Positions 48,900-57,647 of a stretch of DNA of 64,000 nt are shown in pieces. Source of the stretch: a virus (Duplodnaviria > Caudoviricetes). The number at the start of each line of letters is the position of its first letter. The first letter of the stretch is position 1. Made by a program: the position numbers and the translations under genes. The notes under the pieces were generated by a model. The model ran no database searches and was not told the origin of the DNA. It worked only from the letters and a program-made list of their open reading frames with translations. The DNA lies in IMG/VR virus record IMGVR_UViG_2595698902_000001, positions 192,001 to 256,000 of that record; one strand, 5' to 3'.

Positions 48900-48945
48900 T
48901 CTTATTCCCTTAGAGTAGCGACTACGTTCTGCTACTGGTGTGCGG

Positions 48946-48973
48946 AAAGCGGGGCGCGAACCCCGCTTATTTT
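48946..48973. terminator. Terminator-like hairpin
   Basis: AAGCGGGG-loop-CCCCGCTT just after the stop of 48978-50714. Confidence 0.6.
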
Positions 48974-48977
48974 GTAT

Positions 48978-50714
48978 TTACAGGAAAACGATTTTGCTGA
49001 CTGCCAGTTGCGGATTCAGATCGTCCAGCACGGATTCATCGTAAGGAATATGCAGCGTGTTGGTTTCCGTGTCGAACCACAGACCGAACGAAAGCAGCTC
49101 GCGACGGCCCTGCGCGGTTTTCAGGAATTCCGGCATTGCCGATAGTGGCGCAGCAGCCGGGTAGACGCCGTGACTGCGATTCTGCGTGTAACCGATCAGT
49201 GATGCTTCGATTTCAAAATCTTGATCGGGCGAAACGCCGCTGATAATGATGGCGCCGTTGTCCTCGTAGGAGGCCTGCACGTTGCGCGAAACGTGGCCGA
49301 CCATGCTCAGGATTTTACGCAGTGGCAATTGATCGCCGTCCACGTCAATCGTTGGCTCGCGGTTGTCGAGCGAATAAAACGCAGCGATGTTTTCGGTGGA
49401 ATCCGCTTCGATTTCAACCGCCGATTGGAAACCGAGGGTGATTTGACGTTTTTCGATCAGGAAGCCTGCCGAATCCAGCAGCTCGCCAATGGTGCCGCCA
49501 GTGGCGTACTCTTCGTCGTCGCCCAGCGTATCGAAATAATCGAAAACGTGATTCATGCAATTGCGCAGCGAGCTGGTTGGCGTCGGTTTGCTGTAGGTGG
49601 CAAAACCGTCACCAATCGGAACCTGCACAGTGATGCGGGATTCATAAACCGAAATTTTCAGTTTGTAGAATTCCAGCACCAGACAATCGATAAACGCGCC
49701 ATTCATTACCAGATTGTGCCCAAAGTCCGGCCACATGGTCATGATCGAAATCATGTTGGGCGCACGCAGCGCGCTTTGGTAGGATTCCAGCGCGTATTCA
49801 TGGTCGGATTTCCCGGCGTCGTTATCGTCGGGAATAGTGTTGATCCTTTCCAAGCAGGAAACGAAATCGTTAAACAGGTGCGGGCAGTGCTCATGCTTGC
49901 GCACGTCGAGCGTTTCAAGGAACAGATTCGATTCTGGCGAGATTGGCAGCTCTTTAACCACGTCTGCCGTTTTCACTGCCAGCAGTGCGTCGTCATGCGC
50001 TGCGCGCTTTGGAGACGGACGGCCTTTAGCTTTCGGCTTCGCGGCTACTGCCTTTTTCAGCACGGGTTTTGCGACCGCCTGCTTTTTCGCCGCTGGTTTT
50101 TTCACAGCAACGGTTTTGATCGGGGCGATTGCTTGCGGCTGGGTGTTTTTCATTGCGTCGTCTTCCTTCGATTTTTTGGTTTGCTTTTTCTGTTTAGGGT
50201 TAGCAGCTTTTTGGTGGAACAGGTTGGCGTGGTCGTAGTGACCGGCCAGCAGATCAATGCCCAATTCGACAAAGGCGCGCTCAATAGTTTTCGAGCTAGG
50301 CACCGCTTTGCCTTTCAGCCACGCGCCGATAGATTGCGCGGAAATCATGCCGCGCAGTGCGTCCCATTGCGAGCGGTTCAGCTTCCAGACGTTGTAGGCG
50401 ACCAACGCTTTGTAATAAGCGTGCTGCCAATCCGGGTGCGCACGAAAAAGAATACGCAAATCTTGCTCGCGCAGATCGGGCGCGTGGCGGTGGCCCGACC
50501 ATTGGTTGTAAAGATCGCTCAGCAGCTCTTCGCAATCGTGCTCGGTCAGTTCGCCGCTGATTTCCTCGCCCAGCAGCCACGTCATGAAATCAATCGGGTT
50601 TTGATCTTCTGGCGTTTTTGGCGCACCGGGCAGCGATTGCCAGAATTCGGTAAAGGCTTTCAGGCCGGGGGCTTGTGAGGCAGGTACAGGGGAGCCGAGT
50701 TTTGCAGAGGTCAT
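48978..50714 (-). CDS. Multidomain protein with XRE-like HTH (family H) and Lys/Ala-rich linker
   Basis: ISAQSIGAWLKGKAVPSSKTIERAFVELGID; histone-H1-like KKPAAKK linker. Confidence 0.65.
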   Translation of the reverse strand: MTSAKLGSPVPASQAPGLKAFTEFWQSLPGAPKTPEDQNPIDFMTWLLGEEISGELTEHDCEELLSDLYNQWSGHRHAPDLREQDLRILFRAHPDWQHAYYKALVAYNVWKLNRSQWDALRGMISAQSIGAWLKGKAVPSSKTIERAFVELGIDLLAGHYDHANLFHQKAANPKQKKQTKKSKEDDAMKNTQPQAIAPIKTVAVKKPAAKKQAVAKPVLKKAVAAKPKAKGRPSPKRAAHDDALLAVKTADVVKELPISPESNLFLETLDVRKHEHCPHLFNDFVSCLERINTIPDDNDAGKSDHEYALESYQSALRAPNMISIMTMWPDFGHNLVMNGAFIDCLVLEFYKLKISVYESRITVQVPIGDGFATYSKPTPTSSLRNCMNHVFDYFDTLGDDEEYATGGTIGELLDSAGFLIEKRQITLGFQSAVEIEADSTENIAAFYSLDNREPTIDVDGDQLPLRKILSMVGHVSRNVQASYEDNGAIIISGVSPDQDFEIEASLIGYTQNRSHGVYPAAAPLSAMPEFLKTAQGRRELLSFGLWFDTETNTLHIPYDESVLDDLNPQLAVSKIVFL

Positions 50715-50749
50715 CGTCTTCTTCCTTCTTTCTTCGCAGTAATTGCGGG

Positions 50750-51550
50750 TTAGGCTTCTTTTGCAACCAATTCAGCAAAGCGCGAATCGATTGCACAAAG
50801 GCGTTTCAGGTTGCGTTTCGGGAAATCCAGCAGCGAGATAGCGCCGCTGTAAAAATCGCACGACGAATAGGTGCCGTTGTTCATATCGTGGAAGAACAGC
50901 AGCTCGCCAGCAGTCATGCCGTAGTAACGGGTAACGCCAAAATTCGGCATGGATTCGCGCAGCTTATCCCACGCGACCATTGAACCACAGCCATTGGCGC
51001 AGGCGTCGAATTCATCTTGCGAAATCACGCGCAGCACGTAGGCGCGACCGTATTTTTCAACGGTGTTTTCAAACCACTTCGCACGGAATTCCTGTTGAAC
51101 CAATGCGTCAATGTGTTCGGCGCGCACGCCCAATTCATCGGCCAGAATGTGAATGTGTTCGGGCGTAGGAATTGTGGTGCCACGGTGGCGCAACAATTGA
51201 TCGCGCAGCTTTGGCATTGGCAGCGCTGCAATACCGGATTTGTAAAGCTTCACAAAATCAGTGAACGGCGTAGGCGAAGCATCACCTTCCAGATAAGGCC
51301 CGACGTGCGAAACGTGCGAGCGATTCATTTTCACTTTACGACCGCCAATGATCCACGCTTTGCCGATTCCCAGCTCGCGAACGTCGATCATAAACCACAC
51401 GTTCGGGCACTTTTGGCGGAAAAGCATATCAGCCTCTTCGCGGCTCAGTGCGAAAACGTGGGCTTCCATACGCTGCACGGTGATTTCTTTTACGGTGTAC
51501 AGGTAGTGGAATTGCAGCAGTGGGGCAGCAGTGCGAGAAAGAATAGCCAT
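50750..51550 (-). CDS. XRE-like HTH protein, family H
   Basis: GTTIPTPEHIHILADELGV. Confidence 0.55.
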   Translation of the reverse strand: MAILSRTAAPLLQFHYLYTVKEITVQRMEAHVFALSREEADMLFRQKCPNVWFMIDVRELGIGKAWIIGGRKVKMNRSHVSHVGPYLEGDASPTPFTDFVKLYKSGIAALPMPKLRDQLLRHRGTTIPTPEHIHILADELGVRAEHIDALVQQEFRAKWFENTVEKYGRAYVLRVISQDEFDACANGCGSMVAWDKLRESMPNFGVTRYYGMTAGELLFFHDMNNGTYSSCDFYSGAISLLDFPKRNLKRLCAIDSRFAELVAKEA

Positions 51551-51563
51551 GACAAGAACCTTA

Positions 51564-51860
51564 TTAGACGGAGACGACGTTAAAAGCGAGCAGAGCGAAC
51601 AGGAGGCTAAAGGCGCACATATTAAAGCGCTCCAGCTTTCGCGTTGCCGCGTCCGTTTCCTTGCCGACGAAAATTTGCATGGCCCAGCTTAATGCAAAGC
51701 CAACGGTTGCGACTTCCGTTTGATAGCCGATCAATACAGGCGACCACATAAAGGCACTAAGGCCGACGACCGCTATTGAATGCGGGCGCCTAACCAGTGA
51801 CCAAACTTTACTTGTACCTAAGCGATTGGGGCGCATCGGGGCGCCCGTATTGATGTTCAT
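51564..51860 (-). CDS. Small three-TM membrane protein
   Basis: Three hydrophobic segments; first gene after a sigma70-like promoter. Confidence 0.6.
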   Translation of the reverse strand: MNINTGAPMRPNRLGTSKVWSLVRRPHSIAVVGLSAFMWSPVLIGYQTEVATVGFALSWAMQIFVGKETDAATRKLERFNMCAFSLLFALLAFNVVSV

Positions 51861-51932
51861 CGGAAACTTCCCTAAAACCGTGAGTTAGAACCTAGCGGGC
51901 ACATTTCGGCCCTGACCTAAGCCAGGGCCGCC

Positions 51933-51961
51933 ATAGTGCCAGCATAGGGCGCCCCTGTCAA
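51933..51961 (-). promoter_or_regulatory. Sigma70-like promoter P1
   Basis: TTGACA-N17-CACTAT-GGCGGC followed by a hairpin at 51907-51930. Confidence 0.6.
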
Positions 51962-52010
51962 GTAGTGCTTACCAGACAAGGGCTTACACGCGGTTAGAGG
52001 CCCGTGCGCG

Positions 52011-52499
52011 TTAGGCTTCGGCGTGGTCTTCGTCTTCGGCCAGTGCTTCGGCTTCGTCCGCTACAACGCCCGCGATTTGCGCACGCAATACAGCCTGATA
52101 CTGGTGCGGCGCCATTTGCTTTGCCAGTTCATCGTTGATTTCAAACCATTCACGGCGGCGCAATTGGAACTCTTCCCAAGGCACGTTAGAAAGGAACGAC
52201 GCACGGAAATAAACTTCGCGCTGAATTTTTGCCGGTTGGGTATCGGTTGCCTCGTATTGCAGAACCTCGTCATATACGGATTCGTGCAAGGTAACAGCCA
52301 TACCCGCTTCCTCGCGCATTTCTTTCTGCGCGTTTTCCTCATGGGTCAGATTTGGTTCCAAACCGCCTTTCGGCAAAACCCACAGGCCGGGGAATTTAAG
52401 CGAAGTAACCAGCAGCACTTTCTTTTTGTCGTCGCTCAGCAGCGCAACGCCGGTAGCGATACGGATGTAGTTTTTGATTTTAGCGATAGAAACGTTCAT
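52011..52499 (-). CDS. Nudix hydrolase (DIPP/Ap4A-Ap6A-like), paralog of 26028-26534
   Basis: VLLVTS..WVLPKGGLE..EENAQKEMREEAG; WEExxxRRREWF. Confidence 0.9.
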   Translation of the reverse strand: MNVSIAKIKNYIRIATGVALLSDDKKKVLLVTSLKFPGLWVLPKGGLEPNLTHEENAQKEMREEAGMAVTLHESVYDEVLQYEATDTQPAKIQREVYFRASFLSNVPWEEFQLRRREWFEINDELAKQMAPHQYQAVLRAQIAGVVADEAEALAEDEDHAEA

Positions 52500-52523
52500 A
52501 GGTCAATGCCTCTTCTGTAGTGA

Positions 52524-53294
52524 TTAGTTTGCGGAGAAATCAAGCGGAGACAAGCCACCGATATGATCGGTCAAGTCGTCTTTAAAGCTTTGGCACAGCG
52601 CCCTGTAGACACCGAACGGCAACATAAACGAGATTTCAAAATCGATGCAACGCACAAAGAATTTAAAGCTCCCCCACGGGCTGGGGAAACTCACTTCATA
52701 CTGAATATCCAGAATGTCAGAATCTTGCACGACGCGGTAACTGATTGGCGCACGCGCTAACCGCTGGGCGCCGGACGTGTGGCGCACGTTCATCAGCAGG
52801 TTTTCCATTGCGTGAGAATACAGCATAGCCATAGGCATTCCGTTGAGAATGTCAGAGCGCTGCATTCCCTGCAAACCGATTGCGCATTGCGGCTTAACCC
52901 AAACGTCGTGGTAATAACGCAACGTATTGAGCAGAGTGGCAAGGCCCAACAGATCGTGCATGGACAATTCATCAGTGGCTTTTGCGTATTGCGTGATGCA
53001 GGTCATGCCCGGACCGTGACGCAACCAACCAAAGCCATTTTTAAACAACGTTTCGCGCTGCACGTCGCTGATTCGTTTCCAGTCAAACGCAGCAGCGTTC
53101 AACGGCATACCGGACAGCGAACGGCCACCATCGCGGATATGCTTTTCGAGCAGAGTTGCAATAACGAATTCCCCGTGCGGGAATTTTTCCATCGCAGCGT
53201 ACATGTAGAAACCTGAAACCTGTGTGTTCAGGCAGGCGTCCAGATCGAAAGAAACATTAATAGATGGAATCGCATATTGCAGAGTAATGTTCAC
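52524..53294 (-). CDS. Hypothetical protein
   Basis: 256-aa ORF. Confidence 0.6.
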   Translation of the reverse strand: MNITLQYAIPSINVSFDLDACLNTQVSGFYMYAAMEKFPHGEFVIATLLEKHIRDGGRSLSGMPLNAAAFDWKRISDVQRETLFKNGFGWLRHGPGMTCITQYAKATDELSMHDLLGLATLLNTLRYYHDVWVKPQCAIGLQGMQRSDILNGMPMAMLYSHAMENLLMNVRHTSGAQRLARAPISYRVVQDSDILDIQYEVSFPSPWGSFKFFVRCIDFEISFMLPFGVYRALCQSFKDDLTDHIGGLSPLDFSAN

Positions 53295-53665
53295 AGCAGT
53301 CCCCGTTCTTCCAGAATTGATAGTGCGGCTTCGCGTGCAACGTGATCGATTTGTTGCGCACGTTTTGTCTTCTTTGCAGCTTTTAATTTTTCACGCCGGG
53401 AACGCATCATACGGTCATGCACCAACATGCCCGCAACCCAACCTGCACCGGCCCCGAAACAGCCGAACAACGCAAGGTAAGGATTTTCAGTTTTCAACGC
53501 AGCGGATGCCAGCGTAAGAGTCACCAGCAACTCACACGCAGACATTGCAGCACCGCCAATAAACGACAAGGTTTTATGACCACCTGCTACGCTTTTGTTT
53601 TGGATGCCGCGTAGAAAAGTCGTCACAAACAAAACAGACGCTGTTGTGAGGACCGTTTGAATCAT
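53291..53665 (-). CDS. Three-TM membrane protein
   Basis: Hydrophobic segments and a basic tail. Confidence 0.65.
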   Translation of the reverse strand: MIQTVLTTASVLFVTTFLRGIQNKSVAGGHKTLSFIGGAAMSACELLVTLTLASAALKTENPYLALFGCFGAGAGWVAGMLVHDRMMRSRREKLKAAKKTKRAQQIDHVAREAALSILEERGLL

Positions 53666-54015
53666 TTCGGTGGCCTCTCGTCTTCATATGTCGTATTCAA
53701 TTCGCCGTTTGCTTTTCGAGCGTTGTACAGCTTATTGAGGTAATCCCGTTGAACCGGTGCGCAGGTTGTACCATCGTCGCCAATGCTGTAACAGGCTAAA
53801 TTGGTGTCGGCGTCAAAGCAGCGCGTAACACTGATTTGATTTGCGATGTAAGTATCACACATGATTGGCATGATTACTTTTGCGGCCTCAGCTTCTTGCG
53901 CTTCGCGCTCAGCTTCGGAAATGCCGCGTGCGTCTGCTTTTGGTGGCGCGCTAATCAGCAAGGCAGCACCAATAACCAGCAGAGGGAGCCAGTGTTTTTC
54001 AATGAACTTGTGCAT
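53662..54015 (-). CDS. Exported small Cys-containing protein
   Basis: Signal-like N-terminus; VTRCFDADTNLACY. Confidence 0.6.
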   Translation of the reverse strand: MHKFIEKHWLPLLVIGAALLISAPPKADARGISEAEREAQEAEAAKVIMPIMCDTYIANQISVTRCFDADTNLACYSIGDDGTTCAPVQRDYLNKLYNARKANGELNTTYEDERPPK

Positions 54016-54331
54016 TCGCTTTTTCCTCGGGCAGCATGTAGCGGGCGCGGCTAATCGTTTTCACTTCGTCACAATCCATAATGCGCTGGCTGGCGCCGTT
54101 GGGATTGGTGCGCACCGAGTACAGATAGCAAATTTTGTTGAAGTCGGGATCGTAGTAGCGCATCACGGTTCCACTCGGGGAATCCACGATAATTTCCATC
54201 GGCAACATTTCTTTGTTGCGGATAATCTCGGACGAACGCTTTTCCAGTTCGCCAGTAATGGTCGCTTCTTTGTTGCAGCCCGCTACGGACAGCAGGGCAA
54301 CGGTAATCAGTAGTGCTCTTCGGATTATCAT
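53999..54331 (-). CDS. Lipoprotein, paralog of 53662-54015
   Basis: Lipobox VAGC; VMRYYDPDFNKICY. Confidence 0.65.
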   Translation of the reverse strand: MIIRRALLITVALLSVAGCNKEATITGELEKRSSEIIRNKEMLPMEIIVDSPSGTVMRYYDPDFNKICYLYSVRTNPNGASQRIMDCDEVKTISRARYMLPEEKANAQVH

Positions 54332-54801
54332 TCTTTCTCTTCCTCTTCCTTGCGCAAAATTGCGGATTCCAACAGGTCAAAAAATTGGTCTACACTGTCG
54401 GCAAATTTGTGGGCTTCATACGGCGAATTGTAGCGCGTCGCTAGCGACAATCCCCACGGGCGCCCAGCCTCTTCCAAATCCAGCATGTTCGGGATCAAGC
54501 GGACGAAATAAAATCCACGGTCCCAATATACCCGCGTCCATTTACTTTCTGGACGGCTATGCAGCAAGCGCGGCATTTCAGGCAGCTTGGAAACATCGCC
54601 GGTCACACCCATCATTTCAGCGGTGTATTTTCCGATGGTTGTTACGTGCAATTCCGGCACGGTTTCCATGTACGCTTTTGCCACACGGTTGCAGCAAGGC
54701 GTAGTAAACGTTGGTTCTGCGTATTCCTTTAACGGCGTGTTGCAGTAGGGGCACCAAATCGGATCGGGGCCGAGTACCGCAAAAAGTTGTTGATTTTCCA
54801 T
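54328..54801 (-). CDS. Zn-ribbon-containing hypothetical protein
   Basis: CPYC...PCC. Confidence 0.6.
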   Translation of the reverse strand: MENQQLFAVLGPDPIWCPYCNTPLKEYAEPTFTTPCCNRVAKAYMETVPELHVTTIGKYTAEMMGVTGDVSKLPEMPRLLHSRPESKWTRVYWDRGFYFVRLIPNMLDLEEAGRPWGLSLATRYNSPYEAHKFADSVDQFFDLLESAILRKEEEEKE

Positions 54802-54816
54802 GTCAAGTCTCGGTGA

Positions 54817-55617
54817 TTATTCGTCTTCTTCCAGTATGGATAGAGCGTGTTTCAGTGCTGGCTCAACCAGCGGTTGGATTCGTTCGGCACAGCGCTTCAA
54901 AAACTCTGGCGATAGTGCGGTTTCTTTTACGGTGCGCTGGCCTCGCATAATGTCGATGATTGCATCCGCGCCTTCGTTGGCGCCGCGTGTGGAATGCGCA
55001 CGCAAACCAAAGTCTTCCAGCGTTGGCGTAACGGTGCCATTTTCAACAACGAAAGAGATAACGCATTTTACTGCGTCGTCACAGTGCTCGCCGCCGTACA
55101 TGGACGATTTGAAACGCAGATAAGGGAACGCCTCAGCCAGCGCAAGCAAATCTTCATAATACGATTGCGTACTCGGGTAGCTGCCACGCGAATTGTCGCA
55201 GTAGAAAATTTTACCTTCGGGGCTACAGAAACCGTAAGCGCCATGCAGGTAAGACGAAGCGGCCCAAGTGTTGTGGATGCACTCGAACGAACAAAAGCCA
55301 AGCGCATCACGAATGTATTTTTGCGCGTGGTATTTCAAAAAGAAAACTACGCCTTCGTGGTCGTGCTTGTTAGCAGCCTTGACGATTGCGTCCATACCGC
55401 TTTGCTTGTGGATCAAAGCGCGTAGCTGGGTAAAGCGACGGCTCATCGGTTCGGAAATTCCGGTGATGAATTTGTCGGTACGCAGGATGATATCCAGCGC
55501 CTGCTCTTCGGTTACGCTGTCACCGACAATCATGATTTGCGGCCACTTCGGCAAACCTAGATCAGCCATTTCTTTCGGCAGCTGCGGGAACAGCTTTTCT
55601 TCTTCCTTATCTTCCAT
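54817..55617 (-). CDS. Hypothetical phage protein
   Basis: 266-aa ORF beginning LPKWPQ...VTEEQAxDIIxRTD. Confidence 0.7.
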   Translation of the reverse strand: MEDKEEEKLFPQLPKEMADLGLPKWPQIMIVGDSVTEEQALDIILRTDKFITGISEPMSRRFTQLRALIHKQSGMDAIVKAANKHDHEGVVFFLKYHAQKYIRDALGFCSFECIHNTWAASSYLHGAYGFCSPEGKIFYCDNSRGSYPSTQSYYEDLLALAEAFPYLRFKSSMYGGEHCDDAVKCVISFVVENGTVTPTLEDFGLRAHSTRGANEGADAIIDIMRGQRTVKETALSPEFLKRCAERIQPLVEPALKHALSILEEDE

Positions 55618-55628
55618 TTACAGATTCC

Positions 55629-55871
55629 TCAGCAGGACACGTTTAGGGAGCGGACGTATTGAACGTTACCGCAATTAGGGCAGACGTGACGGTAACGCAT
55701 ACCACGCGGAACAACCATACCCGTTGGCGGGTTGTGGCTGTAGCTGGTGCATGGATTGTATTGCGCGTATTCAGGATCAGGCTCAAAACCAGAAACAGAT
55801 TTGTGATCGAAATCTTCTGGCAATTCCATACCGTTAAGCGCAGCAAACAAAATCGGATCGGAGGTGTACAT
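55629..55871 (-). CDS. Small Zn-ribbon protein
   Basis: CxxxxHNPP...HVCPNCG; start reassigned to MYTSD. Confidence 0.6.
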   Translation of the reverse strand: MYTSDPILFAALNGMELPEDFDHKSVSGFEPDPEYAQYNPCTSYSHNPPTGMVVPRGMRYRHVCPNCGNVQYVRSLNVSC

Positions 55872-56425
55872 TAAAAGCCCTCGGATTTTTCGACCAAAAC
55901 TCTTACGTCTTCCTCGCCCGGTTCGGCGCCCATGCAGGTAATCCAACCGAGGGGAGAAACGCTACTTTTCAGGCCCATACCGATTGCCACTTTTTCACCC
56001 AGCTGCATAGCCTCGCCTAAAGTCAACCAGCGGTGCAAAACTTCGCGGCGAGTTTCCACATTGTCCACGTCGTAAACAATGCTGACTTTCCATTTTTCTC
56101 TGGAGGCTTGCAGATCAACCAGAACGCCGTGGCGTTGTGCAATTTCTGCCGCCAGTTGTGCGTAGATTGGATGGTTTTCCGGGTAGCGGTCCATGTAGTC
56201 GTATTGGTGCATACGCATACGCTGCTCCAGCGCAAACAATTCATCCTCTTTGTCACGAATGTAATTGATTGCTTGCTCAACGTTTTTGAACTGGCCACCA
56301 CAGCCGGGCAGGAAACGCCCGCCGTGCCGCTCGCGCTCCATTTGCTCAAGTTCTTGCTTACGGTCATTAACACGTTTGTGCAGCGCGTTGTAAATGGCGA
56401 TCAGGTCGCTTTTCAGCATTAGCAT
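55871..56425 (-). CDS. Hypothetical protein
   Basis: Start reassigned to MLMLKS. Confidence 0.6.
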   Translation of the reverse strand: MLMLKSDLIAIYNALHKRVNDRKQELEQMERERHGGRFLPGCGGQFKNVEQAINYIRDKEDELFALEQRMRMHQYDYMDRYPENHPIYAQLAAEIAQRHGVLVDLQASREKWKVSIVYDVDNVETRREVLHRWLTLGEAMQLGEKVAIGMGLKSSVSPLGWITCMGAEPGEEDVRVLVEKSEGF

Positions 56426-56532
56426 TTTTTGGCCTTCGGTTTGTACACGTATTTCTTTTTGACCAGCGCCCACACCAGAACGGCAGCAGGCAGCAGGGAC
56501 ACGACAAATACCAGCGCAGCAATCGCAGTCAT
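56419..56532 (-). CDS. Tiny single-TM protein (37 aa, not in ORF track)
   Basis: MTAIAALVFVVSLLPAAVLVWALVKKKYVYKPKAKKC; overlaps both neighbours. Confidence 0.5.
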   Translation of the reverse strand: MTAIAALVFVVSLLPAAVLVWALVKKKYVYKPKAKKC

Positions 56533-56855
56533 TTTGCTTTCTTCTTTTTCTTTACAGGTTTCGTGTTGATCGGCTCTTCTTCGACTTCCAGTTCATCGTC
56601 ATCTGCGAAGTCTTCTGGCGGAGTAACCATGAATTTCATTTCACAACCGAGCGCACCTGCGAAAATAATCAGGCGAGAAAGCGCAACTTGGCGCCCGGTA
56701 ATGATGTTGTGTACGTCGGCCTTGTTGACCGCGAACTGGCGTTGCAGCTCTTCGATTGGCAAATTGCGTTTTGCCAGCTCCGATTTTACTGCTTGGCGCA
56801 AAGACGAATCGATTTCTTCAATGGCAACACGGCCACGCTCTTCGCACGGGTGCAT
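56529..56855 (-). CDS. XRE/HigA-like HTH protein
   Basis: LAKRNLPIEELQRQFAVNKADVHNIITGRQVALSRLIIFAGALG. Confidence 0.75.
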   Translation of the reverse strand: MHPCEERGRVAIEEIDSSLRQAVKSELAKRNLPIEELQRQFAVNKADVHNIITGRQVALSRLIIFAGALGCEMKFMVTPPEDFADDDELEVEEEPINTKPVKKKKKAK

Positions 56856-57220
56856 TAGACGGCCTCAGTGCGAACGTAAACGGAGTGACCTTGGTTGGTT
56901 TTACGGGTCAGTTTGTACGGAACTTTTTCAGTGCGAGCCTTGCGCGCCAAGCGACGGCCCAGCATCTTTTTCATCATAGGTTCCAGTTGTTCGCCATCGG
57001 TCAGGGCGCTAACCGTGAACTCTTCACCGACCGGCAAACCGTCAATCTGTTTTACCAGTTCATTAAAACGCGAAGTAACCGGGCAAGTTTCTTTCAGCTC
57101 TTCGGTATTCAGGCCCAACCACATGTATTGCACGATAGCCTGTTCCAGCTTTTCACCGCCAGTTGCTACGACCAGTTTGTGCAGCAGGTCGTCGGGTACA
57201 TCGATCAGAATTTTAGGCAT
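56855..57220 (-). CDS. Ribbon-helix-helix (VapB-like N-terminus) protein
   Basis: MPKILIDVPDDLLHKLVVATGG..EQAI. Confidence 0.6.
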   Translation of the reverse strand: MPKILIDVPDDLLHKLVVATGGEKLEQAIVQYMWLGLNTEELKETCPVTSRFNELVKQIDGLPVGEEFTVSALTDGEQLEPMMKKMLGRRLARKARTEKVPYKLTRKTNQGHSVYVRTEAV

Positions 57221-57647
57221 TGCTTTTTCCTTGGAGGTCTTTGATTAGTTCGCTGCGCACTTGTTGCTCGATGTTTTCGCCGGTCAGCCAGCGGAAAGCT
57301 TCCAGCACTTTCGTAAATTCATCCAGCAATTCGTTGATCGAAACGACGACGTTTTGGAAGGGTTCTTTGTCGAACAACAGCTGCGGCGGTCGGGGCTGTA
57401 CGTAGATGGTATTCGGCTCTACAAACGCATCGCGCTCGGTGTAGACTAGCGAATAATTACCGAGGCCTTCCAACAGGCCGCGCTGCATCTGCACAATTTC
57501 TTTTTGCAGAAACTCGACGTAGTGCCTGCGCTCGGAGAAAGTCAGCGATGAAAGCTTACGTTTTCCTTCGCGGCATTCTCGCACCGCTTCGTCAAGCATT
57601 GCACGATCTAAAAGGCTAGGCACGTTTACGGGACTCCACAGGAACAT
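57213..57647 (-). CDS. Hypothetical protein
   Basis: 144-aa ORF. Confidence 0.6.
   Translation of the reverse strand: MFLWSPVNVPSLLDRAMLDEAVRECREGKRKLSSLTFSERRHYVEFLQKEIVQMQRGLLEGLGNYSLVYTERDAFVEPNTIYVQPRPPQLLFDKEPFQNVVVSINELLDEFTKVLEAFRWLTGENIEQQVRSELIKDLQGKSNA

Noticed and set aside
48975-48983. CTGTAAATA core as a seventh promoter copy
   Set aside because: Lacks the leading AA, is formed by Leu-stop codons and is followed directly by a terminator-like hairpin; counted only as a variant.
21948-50678. Long + strand ORFs (21948-23540, 24318-25979, 27520-29217, 40866-42344, 46725-47963, 49221-50678)
   Set aside because: Antisense shadows of codon-biased - strand genes; no recognisable motifs and atypical composition.
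51861-52010. Possible ncRNA or tRNA in the largest intergenic gap
   Set aside because: No cloverleaf or T-loop consensus; explained by promoter P1 and a leader hairpin.
52524-53294. Faint resemblance to FliM/CheC middle domain
   Set aside because: Only scattered residues match; needs HHpred before any claim.
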